Source: an uncultured beta proteobacterium (GTDB taxonomy: Bacteria; Pseudomonadota; Gammaproteobacteria; Burkholderiales; SHXO01). From it: 64,000 bases of DNA. Below the pieces are notes generated by a model. The model saw nothing but the letters and a program-made list of their open reading frames with translations, searched no databases and was not told the DNA's origin. A program made the position numbers and the translations under genes. The stretch is from NCBI GenBank assembly GCA_963772865.1, contig CAVYZA010000028.1:10610-74609 (forward strand), given 5' to 3'. Below are positions 1 through 9,016 of the stretch, in pieces (within the stretch, counting starts at the first letter, position 1; each line of letters opens with the position of its first letter).

Positions 1-1230
1 GCCGCCTGGGCAGGGCACGCAGGCTCCAGAGCGTCTCCGAGGTCACGTAGCCGACTTCCTCGATGCCGGGAATCGGCGGCACGAACAGGCTGCCCACCCG
101 CTGCGATGACGATCGATCGCGTCGTCAGGGTGCGGGACTGCGCGCCGGTGCGCACCTCCACGGTCCAGGGCGATGTGATCTTCGCTTCGCCTTGGATCAC
201 CTCCACGCCGAGCCCGGTGTAGCGCTCCGCCGAATCGTGCGGTTCGATGGTGCGGATGACCTTGTGCACACGTTCCATGACCTCGGCAAAGTCGAACTCG
301 GCCTGTGCCGCACGAATGCCATAGTTGGCTGCGTGCCGGATGTGCGAAAGCAGCTTGGCCGAGCGGATCAGCGCCTTCGACGGCACGCAGCCGGTGTTCA
401 GGCACTCGCCACCCATCTTGTGCTTCTCGATGAGCGTCACCTTCGCCTTGACCGCCGCTGCGATGTAGGCGGCCACGAGCCCCGCAGAGCCCGCACCGAT
501 CACTACCAGGTTGCGGTCGAAGCGTGTCGGCTTCGTCCACTTCGCGTAGACCTTGCGCGCCTTGATCCAGTCGATGATCTTCTTGGCGATCAGCGGGAAG
601 ATGCCGAGGAGCGCAAAGGAGATCAGCAGGGACGGGGACAGGATGCCCTGGAGGGATTCGATCTGCGCAAGCTGGGTGCCCGCGTTCACGTACACGAGGG
701 TGCCCAGGAGCATGCCGATCTGGCTGACCCAATAGAAGGTGCGGGTCTTGATCGGCGTCAACCCCATCACGAGGTTGATCACGAAGAACGGAAACGCCGG
801 AACGAGCCGCAGCGTGAACAAGTAGAACGCGCCCTCGCGCTCCACCCCGGCGTTGATCGCGCGCAGCCGGTCGCCGAGCTTTCTGTGTACGGCATCTCGG
901 AACAGGAACCGGGAAGCCAGGAACGCAAGGGTTGCTCCGATGCTGGAGGCAAATGACACGATGAGCGTGCCCCAGAGCAGGCCGAAGATGGCCCCGGCCA
1001 CCAGGGTCATGATCGTCGCACCCGGCAGGGACAGCCCGGTCACCGCAACGTAGACCGCGAAGAAGCCGAGTGCCGTCTGCCACGGGTGCGTGTGATAGAA
1101 CGTGATGATCTCGGCTTGCTTCGACTTGAAATACCCCAGGCTGAGATACTGCCCCAGGTCGAAGGCGAAGAACGCCACGATCGCGGCGGCGATCGCGATC
1201 AGCAGGATTGCAGGATCTGGCTCGCGTCAT
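1..1230 (-). CDS. TVP38/DedA-family membrane domain fused to an FAD-dependent pyridine nucleotide-disulfide oxidoreductase (mercuric reductase / dihydrolipoamide dehydrogenase-like). The 3' end runs off the left edge. Frameshifted.
   Basis: Manual minus-strand translation; the ORF is absent from the track because it is open at the window edge. It reads ILLIAIAAAIVAFFAFDLGQYLSLGYFKSKQAEIITFYHTHPWQ...FLFRDAVHRKLGDRL...LVPAFPFFVINLVMG (DedA/TVP38 core). It continues NLVVIGAGSAGLVAAYIAAAVKAKVTLIEKHKMGGECLNTGCVPSKALI (FAD fold plus redox-active CxxxxC). The frame changes near nt ~95 (IVIAAGG then LFVPPIPGIEEVGYVTSETLW) and just downstream of the ATG at 1228-1230. Confidence 0.75.
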
Positions 1231-1701
1231 TCGCGTTGCAGGCATCCGCGCACGCCGCCGACCCTCGGGCCGGCGTAGAGCTTCGTGGCCGCGAATGAGC
1301 GTTCCGAGCAGGCGCTTCAATTGCTGGGCGCGGCGATCGCCGGTGTCGATCGCGTCGTGATACTCCGCGACCCGCTGGCGCAGGCGCACCGCGAGCTCCA
1401 GTCCGGCGTCGGTGATGAAGACGAGCACCTTGCGGCTGTCCGCGGCGTCGGCGGCGCGATGCACCCAGCCGCGGCTCACGATCCGGTCCATGAGCTTGGT
1501 CAGGGCGGGATGGTTCATGAGCACCAGCTGGGCCAGCTCGCCCATGGAACGGCCCTGCTCGTCGGACAGCACCTCGAGGACGCGCCACTGCTCGATGGTT
1601 GCACCTTCCTGGGCCAGCAGCCGCTCGAGTGTGGCGCTCACCACGCGGTTGGCCTGCGCCAGCAGATAGGTCAGTGAGGTCGTGATCGGTGGCTGGTCCA
1701 C
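1227..1701 (-). CDS. MarR-family transcriptional regulator (C-terminus unresolved, probable indel)
   Basis: The first ~140 aa of track ORF 43..1701 read LERLLAQEGATIEQWRVLEVLSDEQGRSMGELAQLVLMNHPALTKLMDRIVSRGWVHRAADAADSRKVLVFITDAGLEL, a winged-helix MarR fold. The remainder of that 552-aa ORF is stop-free GC-rich read-through. A TGA at 1227-1229 forms an ATGA overlap with the downstream ATG but lies one frame off. Confidence 0.8.
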
Positions 1702-1806
1702 TCGTCGCTATCGCCAGGATGAACTTGCCCTATTATAGGAGCCATTCCAATGCATCGAACCGGCCGGCGCCGCCCCTGCGCCGGCTGGGACGCCGAGCTC
1801 ACGTCC

Positions 1807-2972
1807 ATGATCGCACAGGTTGTACAGGGTTTCGAGGCTCCCGGGGGCAATCCCCTGACCGGCTTGTTTCGGGCGGTGGACCGGCGCCCGCGCCTGCCGC
1901 AGCACCGGCTGGCCCGAGCACGCGACCCGCTGCGGGTCGGCCTGTTCGTGCCGACCAGCGGCGCGGCCGGCATCTGGGGCCCTTCCACCATCGCCTGCGC
2001 ACGGTGGCGGCAGACGAGCTCAATCGAGCCGGCGGGGTCGAGGGACGGGAAGTGTCGCTGCTCGTGGTCGATGCCGCCAGCGAGAACGCGCGACCTGCTG
2101 CGCCTCGGCGGCCGGGCTGCTGGCCGATCGGGCCATCGACGCGGTCGTCGGCATGCACCTGAGCAGCGTGCGCAAGTCTCTGCTGCCCGTGCTCGGGGGC
2201 CGGCTCCCGTACATCTACACGCCGCTGTATGAAGGCGGAGAGCGGCATCCCGGGGTGTACACCATCGGCGAGACGCCGCTGCACCAGCTCGTTCCCGCGC
2301 TGGCGGCGCTCAGCGAGCAGCGCTCGCCGACCCGCTGGGCCTTGATCGGCAACGACTACGTCTGGCCGCGGGTGTCGCACCGCTATGCGCGCACTGCGCC
2401 TCGCGCGTCTCGGTTGCGAAGTGGTGCACGAGTCCTTCCTGCCCGCTGGGCTGCGACGACTACGAGCCGACGGTCGCACAGCTCGATCGCAGCGGCGCGC
2501 AGGCCGTGCTGCTGTCCCTGATCGGACAGGACGCCATCGACTTCAACCGTGCGTTCGCGGCAGCGCGCCTGGCGGGACGGATCCGCCGGCTGTCCTGCGC
2601 GATCGAGGAAAACGAGCTGCTCGCGATCGGCGCCGACCTCACCGAGGAGCTCTACGTCGCGGGGTCCTACTTCGCGAGCGCTCGCAGACCGACGCCAATC
2701 TGGCATTCCAGGAGCGCTACCGCAACAGCCTCGGTGCCCGCGCGCCGACGCTCAACGCGCTCGGCCAGTCCACCTATGAGGGCGTGCATTTTCTGCGTGC
2801 GCTGCTCGGCCGCGGCGACCGCCCCATCATCCCCGGCGAGCCGATCCCTTTCTGCAGCGCGCGCGGGGCGGTCTGGCGCGGCAACGACAGCCTGATCTAT
2901 CCGATCTACCTGGCCCGCGCAAACGGTCACGCGCTGCAGGTGACCCGCACGCTCAGTGCACCGGCTGGCTGA
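1807..2972 (+). CDS. AmiC/urea-type periplasmic-binding-fold protein without a signal peptide (AmiC-like amide sensor or binding protein); at least 5 apparent frameshifts
   Basis: Assembled from track ORFs 1750..2232 (LRVGLFVPTSGAAGIWGPSTIACA), 1689..2162 (ADELNRAGGVEGREVSLLVVDAAS) and 2153..2521 (MHLSSVRKSLLPVLGGRLPYIYTPLYEGGE...RWALIGNDYVWPRVSHRYAR). Also from 2385..2972 (GCEVVHESFLPAG; ANLAFQERYRNSLGARAPTLNALGQSTYEGVHFLRALL) and 2506..2895 (LLSLIGQDAIDFNRAFAAARLAGRIRRLSCAIEENELLAIGADLTEELYVAGSYFAS). Confidence 0.7.
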
Positions 2973-3078
2973 TCGCAGGCGGGCCGAGCACTGGAATGGT
3001 CAGCCCATTCGCGATGGAACCTGGCGTCAGCGGCGGCGAAGCAAGTGGCCAGCAGGTCAGGTAGCGGCCCGAAAGAAG

Positions 3079-3113
3079 CTCTCTCTCCTCCGCGGAGAGG
3101 GGTAGGGGGATCG
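3079..3113. repeat. REP-like GC-rich palindromic intergenic element (CTCTCC..GGAGAGGGG..GGGGGA family)
   Basis: The sequence ctctctcctccgcggagaggggtaggggga contains an inverted repeat CTCTCC/GGAGAG. The same motif family recurs at six other intergenic sites. Confidence 0.6.
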
Positions 3114-3275
3114 GGTTTCCTGACTAGTGACGAAGCTCAGCTCGTCATTCCGGGGCCGCGTAGCGGAACCCGGAATCCAGAAATGGCGGCCGGAGTCGCG
3201 CAGGTGGACCGCCGGATTTTCTCTGTGATCTCACGGACCGACTCCGCCGGCGCGCGGGCAAGCGGTTTGGAGAGA

Positions 3276-3316
3276 CCCCCTCTCCCCTCGCGGGAGAGGG
3301 CTGGGGTGAGGGGGAT
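3276..3316. repeat. REP-like GC-rich palindromic intergenic element
   Basis: The sequence is ccccctctcccctcgcgggagagggctggggtgagggggatt. The stem CCTCTCCCCTCGCGGGAGAGGG is followed by a GGGGTGAGGG tail. Confidence 0.7.
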
Positions 3317-3351
3317 TGCTCTTGAGAGGCCTGCTCTAGTCCAAATGAACA

Positions 3352-4866
3352 TTGCTTCGACTGCTGCATGCCGCCGCGGCACGCCACCCGGCGGCACTCG
3401 CCGTGACCCAGGGCGCGACCTCTTGGCGCTACGCTGAGCTCGCGCGCAGGGTGGCGGGGACGGCCGCCTTCCTGCGCCGCACCGGCGCATGCCCCGGCGA
3501 TCGCATCGGCATCGCGATGTACAACCATCCCGGCTTCCTGCAGCTGCTGTACGCCTGCTGGCACGCCGGCCTGTGCGCAGTGCCGATGAACGCCAAGCTG
3601 CATCCGCGCGAGTTCGCCTACATCCTCGACAACGCCGGCATGCGCCTGTGTTTCGCCTCGCCCAGCTTGTACCCGGGCATCCGCGCCGAACTGCTTGGTG
3701 ACGACATCGGCCTCCTGGCAGCCGACACCGCGCTGTTCGACGAGATGGCCGGCGAGCCGCCGATGCCGCCCCACCCCGGGGAACCCACGATCCGGCGTGG
3801 CTGTTCTACACCAGCGGCACCACCGGCAGGCCCAAGGGCGCGACGCTCACCCAGCGCAACCTGCTGTTCATGACTCACGCCTACTACGCGGACATCGACC
3901 CGCTCGACGAGCGCGATACCATCGTCCACGCCGCGCCGCTGTCGCACGGGTCGGGTCTGTACGCACTGGCGCACGTCGCCAAGGCATCGCACAACGTGAT
4001 CACCCCTGCGACCTCGTTCACGCCCGCGGACATGTTCGAGATGATCGAGCAGTACGCCAACGTGTCGTTCTTTGCGGCGCCGACCATGGTCACACGCATG
4101 CTCGATGACGGCAGCGCGCCGCGGGCGCAGCTGGCCAACCTCAAGACCATCATCTACGGCGGCGGGCCGATGTACCTGTCGGACCTGGAACGGGCGCTGC
4201 AGCTGTTCGGACCGCGCTTGTATCAGGTCTACGGCCAGGGCGAAAGCCCGATGACCATCACCGGGCTCGGCAAGCGCGAGCACGCGCAGGCCTTCACGGC
4301 CGGCGACTTCGAGATTCTGGCCAGCGCAGGCGGTCCACGCACGGGTGTGGAAGTACGGGTCGTCGATGCTGACGACCGCGAGGTCCCCGACGGCGAGATC
4401 GGCGAGATCGCCACCCGCAGCGACTGCGTGATGCAAGGCTACTGGATGGATCCCGCTGCCAGTCAGCGCCGCGCTGCGCGGGGGCTGGCTGCATACTGGC
4501 GACCTCGGCAGCCGGGAGGCGCGCGGGTTCGTCACACTCAAGGACCGCTCCAAGGACATGATCATCTCCGGTGGATCGAACATCTACCCGCGCGAGATCG
4601 AGGACGTGCTGCTGCGTCATCCGGGCGTGGCCCAGGCCAGCGTCGTCGGCGCACCGCACCCGGACTGGGGCGAGGAAGTCGTGGCCTTTGTAGTCTCTTC
4701 GCCCGGAGCATCGATCCATCCGGAGGAGCTCGATTCGCTCTGCCTCGACAACATCGCACGCTACAAGCGTCCGAAGCGATATGTCTTCGTGGAGGATTTG
4801 CCGAAGAACAACTACGGCAAGGTGCTCAAGACTGAGCTGCGGGCGCAGCTGGAACGCAAGGGCTAG
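3352..4866 (+). CDS. AMP-dependent synthetase/ligase (acyl-CoA synthetase); 2 compensating frameshifts (~3790, ~4470)
   Basis: Assembled from track ORFs 3352..3873, 3870..4835 and 4558..4866. The AMP-binding motif appears after frame correction (AWLFYTSGTTGRPKGATLTQRNLLF). Other motifs are IYGGGPMY, YQVYGQGESP and DMIISGGSNIYPREIEDVLLRHPGVAQASVVGAPHPDWGEEVVAFVV...ARYKRPKRYVFVEDLPKNNYGKVLK. Confidence 0.85.
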
Positions 4867-4914
4867 CCGGCACTGCCAGCGACCTGTAACGGCTACCGCA
4901 GCCTACCACCGAAT

Positions 4915-5012
4915 GCCCCCTCCCCCTTGCGGCAGAGGCAACAGAGGACAAGTCCCTCTCCCCTTGCGGGAGAGGGTAGGGTGCGGGCCAGGGTGAGGGC
5001 CGGGTGAGGGGA
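4915..5012. repeat. Cluster of REP-like palindromic elements
   Basis: The region holds ccccctcccccttgcggcagaggca followed by tccctctccccttgcgggagagggtagggtgcgggccagggtgagggccgggtgagggga. Confidence 0.7.
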
Positions 5013-5028
5013 CACGAGAAGCAACAAA

Positions 5029-5110
5029 GCCCCTTTCCTTGCAGGAGAAGTAACTGACGAAAGGCCTCTCTCCCCTCGTGGAAGCAGGCTCGGAGTGAGC
5101 GGTGGGCGAG
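5029..5110. repeat. Degenerate REP-like elements
   Basis: The region holds gcccctttccttgcaggagaag and cctctctcccctcgtggaagcaggctcggagtgagcggtgggcgag. These are imperfect copies of the same motif. Confidence 0.45.
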
Positions 5111-5144
5111 GCGCGCGATCGAATCAACCATCAATGGAGAAGCA

Positions 5145-5471
5145 ATGAAGGACGGCAGCCACCTCTACGAAGTCGAGCACCGGGCCGAGCATGCCGCGCG
5201 GCCCGGCTTCCGCATCACCGAGCTGCGCATTTCTCCCGCCCAGAAAGTACCCTGGCATCTGCACACCCATGTCCAGGACACCTTCTACGTCATCGACGGG
5301 CAGCTCCGGCTGTTTTTGCGCGAGCCAAAGGAAGAGGTGCGGCTTAGCCCCGGCGACACGTACTCGGTCAAGCCCCGGCGCCCCCACCTGGTCACCAATG
5401 GCGGCGAGCGCTCCGCCACATTCCTGGTGTTGCAAGGCATCGGCGAATACGACTTCATCCCGCTGGTGTAG
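5145..5471 (+). CDS. Cupin-domain protein
   Basis: Intact 108-aa ORF. The cupin motifs read WHLHTHVQDTFYVIDGQLRLFL and GDTYSVKPRRPHLVTNGG. Confidence 0.85.
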   Translation: MKDGSHLYEVEHRAEHAARPGFRITELRISPAQKVPWHLHTHVQDTFYVIDGQLRLFLREPKEEVRLSPGDTYSVKPRRPHLVTNGGERSATFLVLQGIGEYDFIPLV

Positions 5472-5504
5472 CCTGCGTTTCCCGACTCTGCGACGGCGAG
5501 ACTC

Positions 5505-7199
5505 ATGAACAGCGAATCGACCGGCATCTCCACCACCGTCGCGCTGACCGGGATGTGGCCCTTTCTGGTGCTGGTGGCGGCCGTGCTGTCGTTTCCGGTG
5601 TGCTTCATCTTGCTGCGGCTGTATCGCCGGTCGGTACTCGCAGGGATGGACGCCCTCTCGGGCGCTGCTGCGCCGACACCGGCCCCGGAGGCGCCGCGCC
5701 GCCCGCCTGCCGCTCCTCTCAAGTTCGAGAGCGTGGAGAGCAGCCGGCCGGCCATCGCCACCCCGGCGGATGCGTGCGTCTTGCAAGAGGCCGCCCTCGG
5801 GCCCTGGCGATCGGCTGCGCTATACGCGTGCGCGGGAATCGCATACTCCGCGGTAATGACCGCCGGGTGGATGCTTGCCACTCGGGACGCGACAGTGGTC
5901 TGGACCAAGCTCGCGATCCTGTCCTGGACCTACTTCTGGCCCGCGGTGCTCGCGGTGCTCTTGGTGGCCGCCTACGATCGCGCCAGGCGCTGGCAAGTTC
6001 TCGGCGTCTATTTCGGCGTGCTCGCCGCACTCACGGCGATAGCCGTCAAGCGCAACCCGGATCTGGGTCTGCTGCAGGTGCCTCTCTACTGGGTGCTGAC
6101 GAACGGTGCGGAGTCGATCCTGCTGATGACGTTCCTGCTGCGGCCGATCCGAGCAGTCGGTCCGTTGGTGCTGGCCTTCCTGTTGATGGTGGCGATAGGC
6201 TCACAGACGCTGTTGTCGCTCGCTTCTGCCAACGAAGCCCTGCTGCGTAGCCTTGTAGGGATCGGCTCTGGGCTCGGTCTGAGCGGTACCGGGGTGTTCT
6301 ACGGGGTGATCCTGCTCGGAATGGCCGCCTTCGCCGCGCTCGGCTGGCCGGTGCTGCGCTGGATCGGTCGGCGCTACGAGGCCAAGAAGTTCAGCGACCA
6401 GTCCATCACGATCGGCTCGATGTTCCTGCTGTTCGCAGTGGTGCAGTCGATTGGCCTCGCTTTCGAAGGCGCGCTGTGGATCCTCACCGGGCTGGTAGCG
6501 TTTGCAGCCTGGAAGGCAGTTGCACTCCTCGGGTTCCGCCTGACGCGGGGTCAAGCCAGCTCGCCCAGGACGCTGCTGCTTCTGCGGGTGTTCCGACTCG
6601 GCAAACGCAGCGAGCAGTTGTTCGACAAGCTGCGCAAGCACTGGCAGTCGGCGGGCAGCATCAGCATGATCGCCGGTCCTGACCTCGTCACTACCACGGT
6701 CGAGCCGCACGAGTTCCTCGAGTTTCTCAGCGGCAGGCTCGGGCGCCGGTTCGTCGCCGGGACGGCCGATCTCGACAGCAGGATTGCAGCGACGGACACC
6801 GCGGCCGACCCGGACGGGCGCTACCGCGTCAACGAGTTCTTCTGCCGTACCGATACCTGGCAGATGACCATGCAGCGCCTGGCCGCAGCGAGCGACGCGG
6901 TGCTGATGGACCTGCGCAGCTTCTCGCCGTCGAACCGAGGCTGCCTGTACGAGCTGGGGCAATTGCTCGACAGCGTGGATCTCAGGCGGGTCATATTCCT
7001 CGTGGACCAGACTACCAATCGCCCATTCCTGGAGGCGGAATTGATACGCCTGTGGGACCAGCTGAGCGCCGCCTCGCCCAACCGTCACGCCACGGCGCCC
7101 GCGGCGCGGTTGTTTCATATACGCCAGCAGTCCGAGAAGGCGGTGACGCTGCTGCTCGGACAGCTGCTGTTGAGCACGCCCCAAGCAGCAGGGATGTGA
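5505..7199 (+). CDS. Uncharacterised polytopic membrane protein with a ~210-aa soluble C-terminal domain
   Basis: Intact 564-aa ORF. The first ~350 aa contain many hydrophobic segments. The C-terminal region reads TLLLLRVFRLGKRSEQLFDKLRKHWQSAGSISMIAGPDL...SDAVLMDLRSFSPSNRGCLYELGQLLDSVDLRRVIFLVDQTT, an alternating strand/helix pattern. I did not recognise the family. Confidence 0.7.
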   Translation: MNSESTGISTTVALTGMWPFLVLVAAVLSFPVCFILLRLYRRSVLAGMDALSGAAAPTPAPEAPRRPPAAPLKFESVESSRPAIATPADACVLQEAALGPWRSAALYACAGIAYSAVMTAGWMLATRDATVVWTKLAILSWTYFWPAVLAVLLVAAYDRARRWQVLGVYFGVLAALTAIAVKRNPDLGLLQVPLYWVLTNGAESILLMTFLLRPIRAVGPLVLAFLLMVAIGSQTLLSLASANEALLRSLVGIGSGLGLSGTGVFYGVILLGMAAFAALGWPVLRWIGRRYEAKKFSDQSITIGSMFLLFAVVQSIGLAFEGALWILTGLVAFAAWKAVALLGFRLTRGQASSPRTLLLLRVFRLGKRSEQLFDKLRKHWQSAGSISMIAGPDLVTTTVEPHEFLEFLSGRLGRRFVAGTADLDSRIAATDTAADPDGRYRVNEFFCRTDTWQMTMQRLAAASDAVLMDLRSFSPSNRGCLYELGQLLDSVDLRRVIFLVDQTTNRPFLEAELIRLWDQLSAASPNRHATAPAARLFHIRQQSEKAVTLLLGQLLLSTPQAAGM

Positions 7200-7248
7200 C
7201 TGGCGGCGAAGAGACAGCGGCGCACATCCCTGGTGCGGCGCCCGGATG

Positions 7249-9000
7249 CTATCCGGACGCGTCGCTCCCAGCATCGTCGAAGCGCAGCGCGCTCGACCCC
7301 TCCCCGCGGCCCACCTGCTTGCGAAGCCCGATCCAAAGCAACGTGCTGCCGCCGAGCCAGCGCGTGTGCTCGAACTGGCGCGTGACCTTCACGCCCTCGC
7401 GCGGCACCTCCTCGTCGAACAACGCCAGCTTCGCCGCCGCATTCAGCAACTCGCCCTGCGCATGACGAACTACGTTCGATCCATCGGGCGCGAGCATCGC
7501 TGCACGCACGAGCCGCAGCGACGGCGGATCGGCCACCCGCTGCGGCAACAACGGCGTCCAATTCACAGGCACATCGGTCGCCAGGCGATACTGCGGCAGC
7601 CCGGTCGGCGTGGGCAAAGTCGTCTGCGGAGCATCCGGAGCAGCAGCGGGCTCGAGCCGGTTCTCGATCGCACCTTGAACGATGTGCTCCACTGCCCACG
7701 CCATGTTCGCCATCTCATCGCGCATGAACAGCACTTCCTCGAGCGGACGGCTGTCGATGGTCTTCAGCAGGCTCGGCGCAAGGAAGAACAGATTCGACCG
7801 AGGACGCAGTGCCGGTGTCTCCTTTCGGGCAATGCCGCTCAGCTCGAACATCGACCAGCCCGTTTGCGGTTTCGACGGATCGTTCATCGGAGAGATCAGA
7901 GTCTGCACGCCGAAGCTGTCGGTGATCACCAGCGAGCGAGTCTTGGTGAGCGTACCGATATCGAGATCAATCGGGATGACGTACCACTCGTTGCCAAAGC
8001 CGGTCGCGAACTCACTCAGCATCAGGTGAGGCAGGTCGCCAGGGCCTGCCGGCAGCAGGCCATAGTCGATCGCGGCATCCTCCATCTCCCAGAAGCGCTG
8101 CGCAGGCGCGCCGCGGAAAGTGACCGGCGCGGGCATCACTGCGCGCACGCAGCGACGTGCTTGCCTTGTCGGCCGCCGCGACCCAGATTGATCTCCGGAT
8201 CGTAGTCGACGCTGTGCCAATCGAGGTGACCTTCCGCGTACTGCGCCGCCGTCAGCGGAATCTCTTCGTTGCCGGGCGCACCAGCCGACCGAGAACGCAT
8301 ACTCCAGCCGCTCCGGATTCCACGCATCGGGCGCATTCGCCTGCGGCAGCGCGAACAGCGTATCGTGCTGCGCCAGCCACTCGTTGATTGCGCTATCGAC
8401 TTCCGCCTTGTCGCCGGCCGCGACGGGCAGGCTCGCGGGTATCGGAATGCGCTTGCCGGACGCATCGCGGAACGCCGCAACGAGTCGCACGGCCGTCCAG
8501 CGCGCGCGTCGCCATCAGCTTCCAATACGAAAGCGTCTCCGCGTCGACCGCTTGCACGCTCCGCATCGGTCGGCGGCTGCAGCGCAAAGCGCGCCAGGAA
8601 ATCCGGACGATAGCTGCGCGAGATCGGCTGCGCATCGAGCATGCGCAGGAAGTGCATGCCGCGACTCGACAGCCAACCGCAGCGAGCCTTCGCCCGTCGG
8701 ACCGCGCAGCGGCTGACGCTCCACCAGCGCTTCGAGCGGCATCGTCTTCGCGTCATAGCGCGGCGCACTGATGCTCGTGTCCTTCTTGATCGCACCCGCG
8801 TAGTAGCGCGTGATCGGTGCGCTGTCTGCGCGCCAGCGTGCGAGCACCGGCGAGCCGGTATCCTCGCCCTGAAACTCCGCCGCCTGCCACTGCCGCGCCA
8901 GCATCCACAACGGATCGTAGATGCGCGCGTGCACCGCTTCGTTCATTTCGTCGTCGCGACAGCGCGGCTCCAGCCGTACCCAGCTCGTGATCGATCCCAT
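7249..9000 (-). CDS. Operon gene 5: uncharacterised ~583-aa protein; at least 6 apparent frameshifts
   Basis: Assembled from track ORFs 8515..9000 (MGSITSWVRLEPR...IYDPLWMLARQWQAAEFQGEDTGSPVLARW), 8136..8795 (GMHFLRMLDAQPISRSYRPDFLARFALQPPTDAERAS; APGNEEIPLTAAQYAEGHLDWHSVDYDPEINLG) and 8393..8635 (VDAETLSYWKLMATRALDGR). Also from 7249..8490 (RFWEMEDAAIDYGLLPAGPGDLPHLMLSEFATGFGNEWYVIPIDL...GLRKQVGRGEGSSALRFDDA). An AGGGA Shine-Dalgarno sequence precedes the ATG at 9000. Confidence 0.6.
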
Positions 9001-9016
9001 GGGATTCCCTATTGCT

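Noticed and set aside
43-1701. A 552-aa minus-strand ORF that could be read as one large protein
   Set aside because: Only the first ~140 aa look like a real protein (MarR). The rest is Arg/Pro/Gly-rich read-through of the out-of-frame DedA/oxidoreductase gene, whose true frame gives clean DedA and FAD-binding motifs.
3079-5110. The clustered GC-rich palindromes as a CRISPR array
   Set aside because: The units are imperfect and differently oriented, and their spacing is irregular (35-100 bp clusters separated by genes). There are no unique spacers of constant length and no cas genes in the window.
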